Source of the DNA: Nemertoderma westbladi
Lineage: Eukaryota; Animalia; Xenacoelomorpha
DNA length: 64,000 bases
Reading direction: 5' to 3'
Assembly (NCBI GenBank): GCA_032718475.1
Contig: JAUCBJ010008197.1
Span: forward strand, 53,924-117,923
Shown: positions 63,592 to 64,000 of the stretch, piece after piece
How the letters are laid out: the number at the start of each line of letters is the position of its first letter
How positions within the stretch are numbered: the first letter of the stretch is position 1
Notes under the pieces: generated by a model
Told to the model about the DNA's origin: nothing
Seen by the model: the letters and a program-made list of their open reading frames with translations, nothing else
Database searches by the model: none
Position numbers and translations under genes: made by a program

Positions 63592-63722
63592 CTTAAAGAA
63601 ATGTGTAGTGCTGCCATCGAGAAGCGAGCCGTAAGAGATGCCTCTGTAGTTGTTACTGAGCTCGTCAATGTTCAGTATCCCTGTGTACATTCTTGTCGCC
63701 GTGTTAAACGCTGCCAAGTTGG
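63592..63722 (-). CDS. Ionotropic glutamate receptor exon A (paralogous M3 gate end plus S2 start)
   Basis: CTTAG acceptor, (A)NLAAFNTATRMYTGILNIDELSNNYRGISYGSLLDGSTTHFFK, GTACCG donor; 131 nt; same phases as exon B. Confidence 0.88.
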
Positions 63723-64000
63723 CTAAGTGTTTTGAAAGAGTTTTAAGAATTTAGAAATAGTATATCCCGGTATATTAATTCTCTTGTATACAGTAGGTGG
63801 CCTAAATATTATAGTAGCCGTAATACATGTTATACAAAAATATATTTCTTATAACAGCCTAGTAGTTTACTGATTAAGAGACGCCATACCTATTAATTAC
63901 CGATCTCACAGTTGCTTTATAAAATAATAAATAAAAATATAAACGAATAAATTACATACTAAACATACTGTATACAGCCTAAATGTTAAAAAAATGATTT

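Overview
AT-rich eukaryotic (invertebrate animal-like) DNA; the species cannot be determined from the sequence. Bases 1-43 kb are a deeply nested retrotransposon block whose boundaries are fixed by target-site duplications (TSDs). An RTE-type LINE (41529-~42985) was hit by a Bel/Pao LTR element (Bel-1, 5' end left of the window, 3' end 41528). Bel-1 contains a CsRn1-type Ty3/Gypsy element (1084-18461), which contains a second Bel/Pao family (Bel-2, 3987-16318), which contains an RTE LINE (8793-10186). Bel-1 also contains a close relative (Bel-3, 22020-35338), itself interrupted by DNA-transposon-like sequence. Bases 43-64 kb hold two intronless nuclear genes for mitochondrial proteins (HMGCL, GATB), 12-, 23- and 62-bp satellites, hAT- and piggyBac-type MITEs, a foldback element, a MetaSINE-like SINE and minus-strand exons of an ionotropic glutamate receptor. 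Best leads: (1) both Bel/Pao elements with a visible 5' LTR lack a recognisable cytosolic-tRNA primer-binding site, and the bases abutting the LTR are complementary to a segment of their own LTR, suggesting Tf1-like self-priming; (2) two paralogous, phase-incompatible iGluR gate/S2 exons with different ligand-contact motifs (DGST vs DSSS), suggesting mutually exclusive splicing; (3) Bel/Pao 3' cargo regions bracketed by duplicated polypurine-tract junctions, carrying orphan ORFs and a duplicated hairpin with compensatory changes. All alignments were done by eye; no database searches were run.
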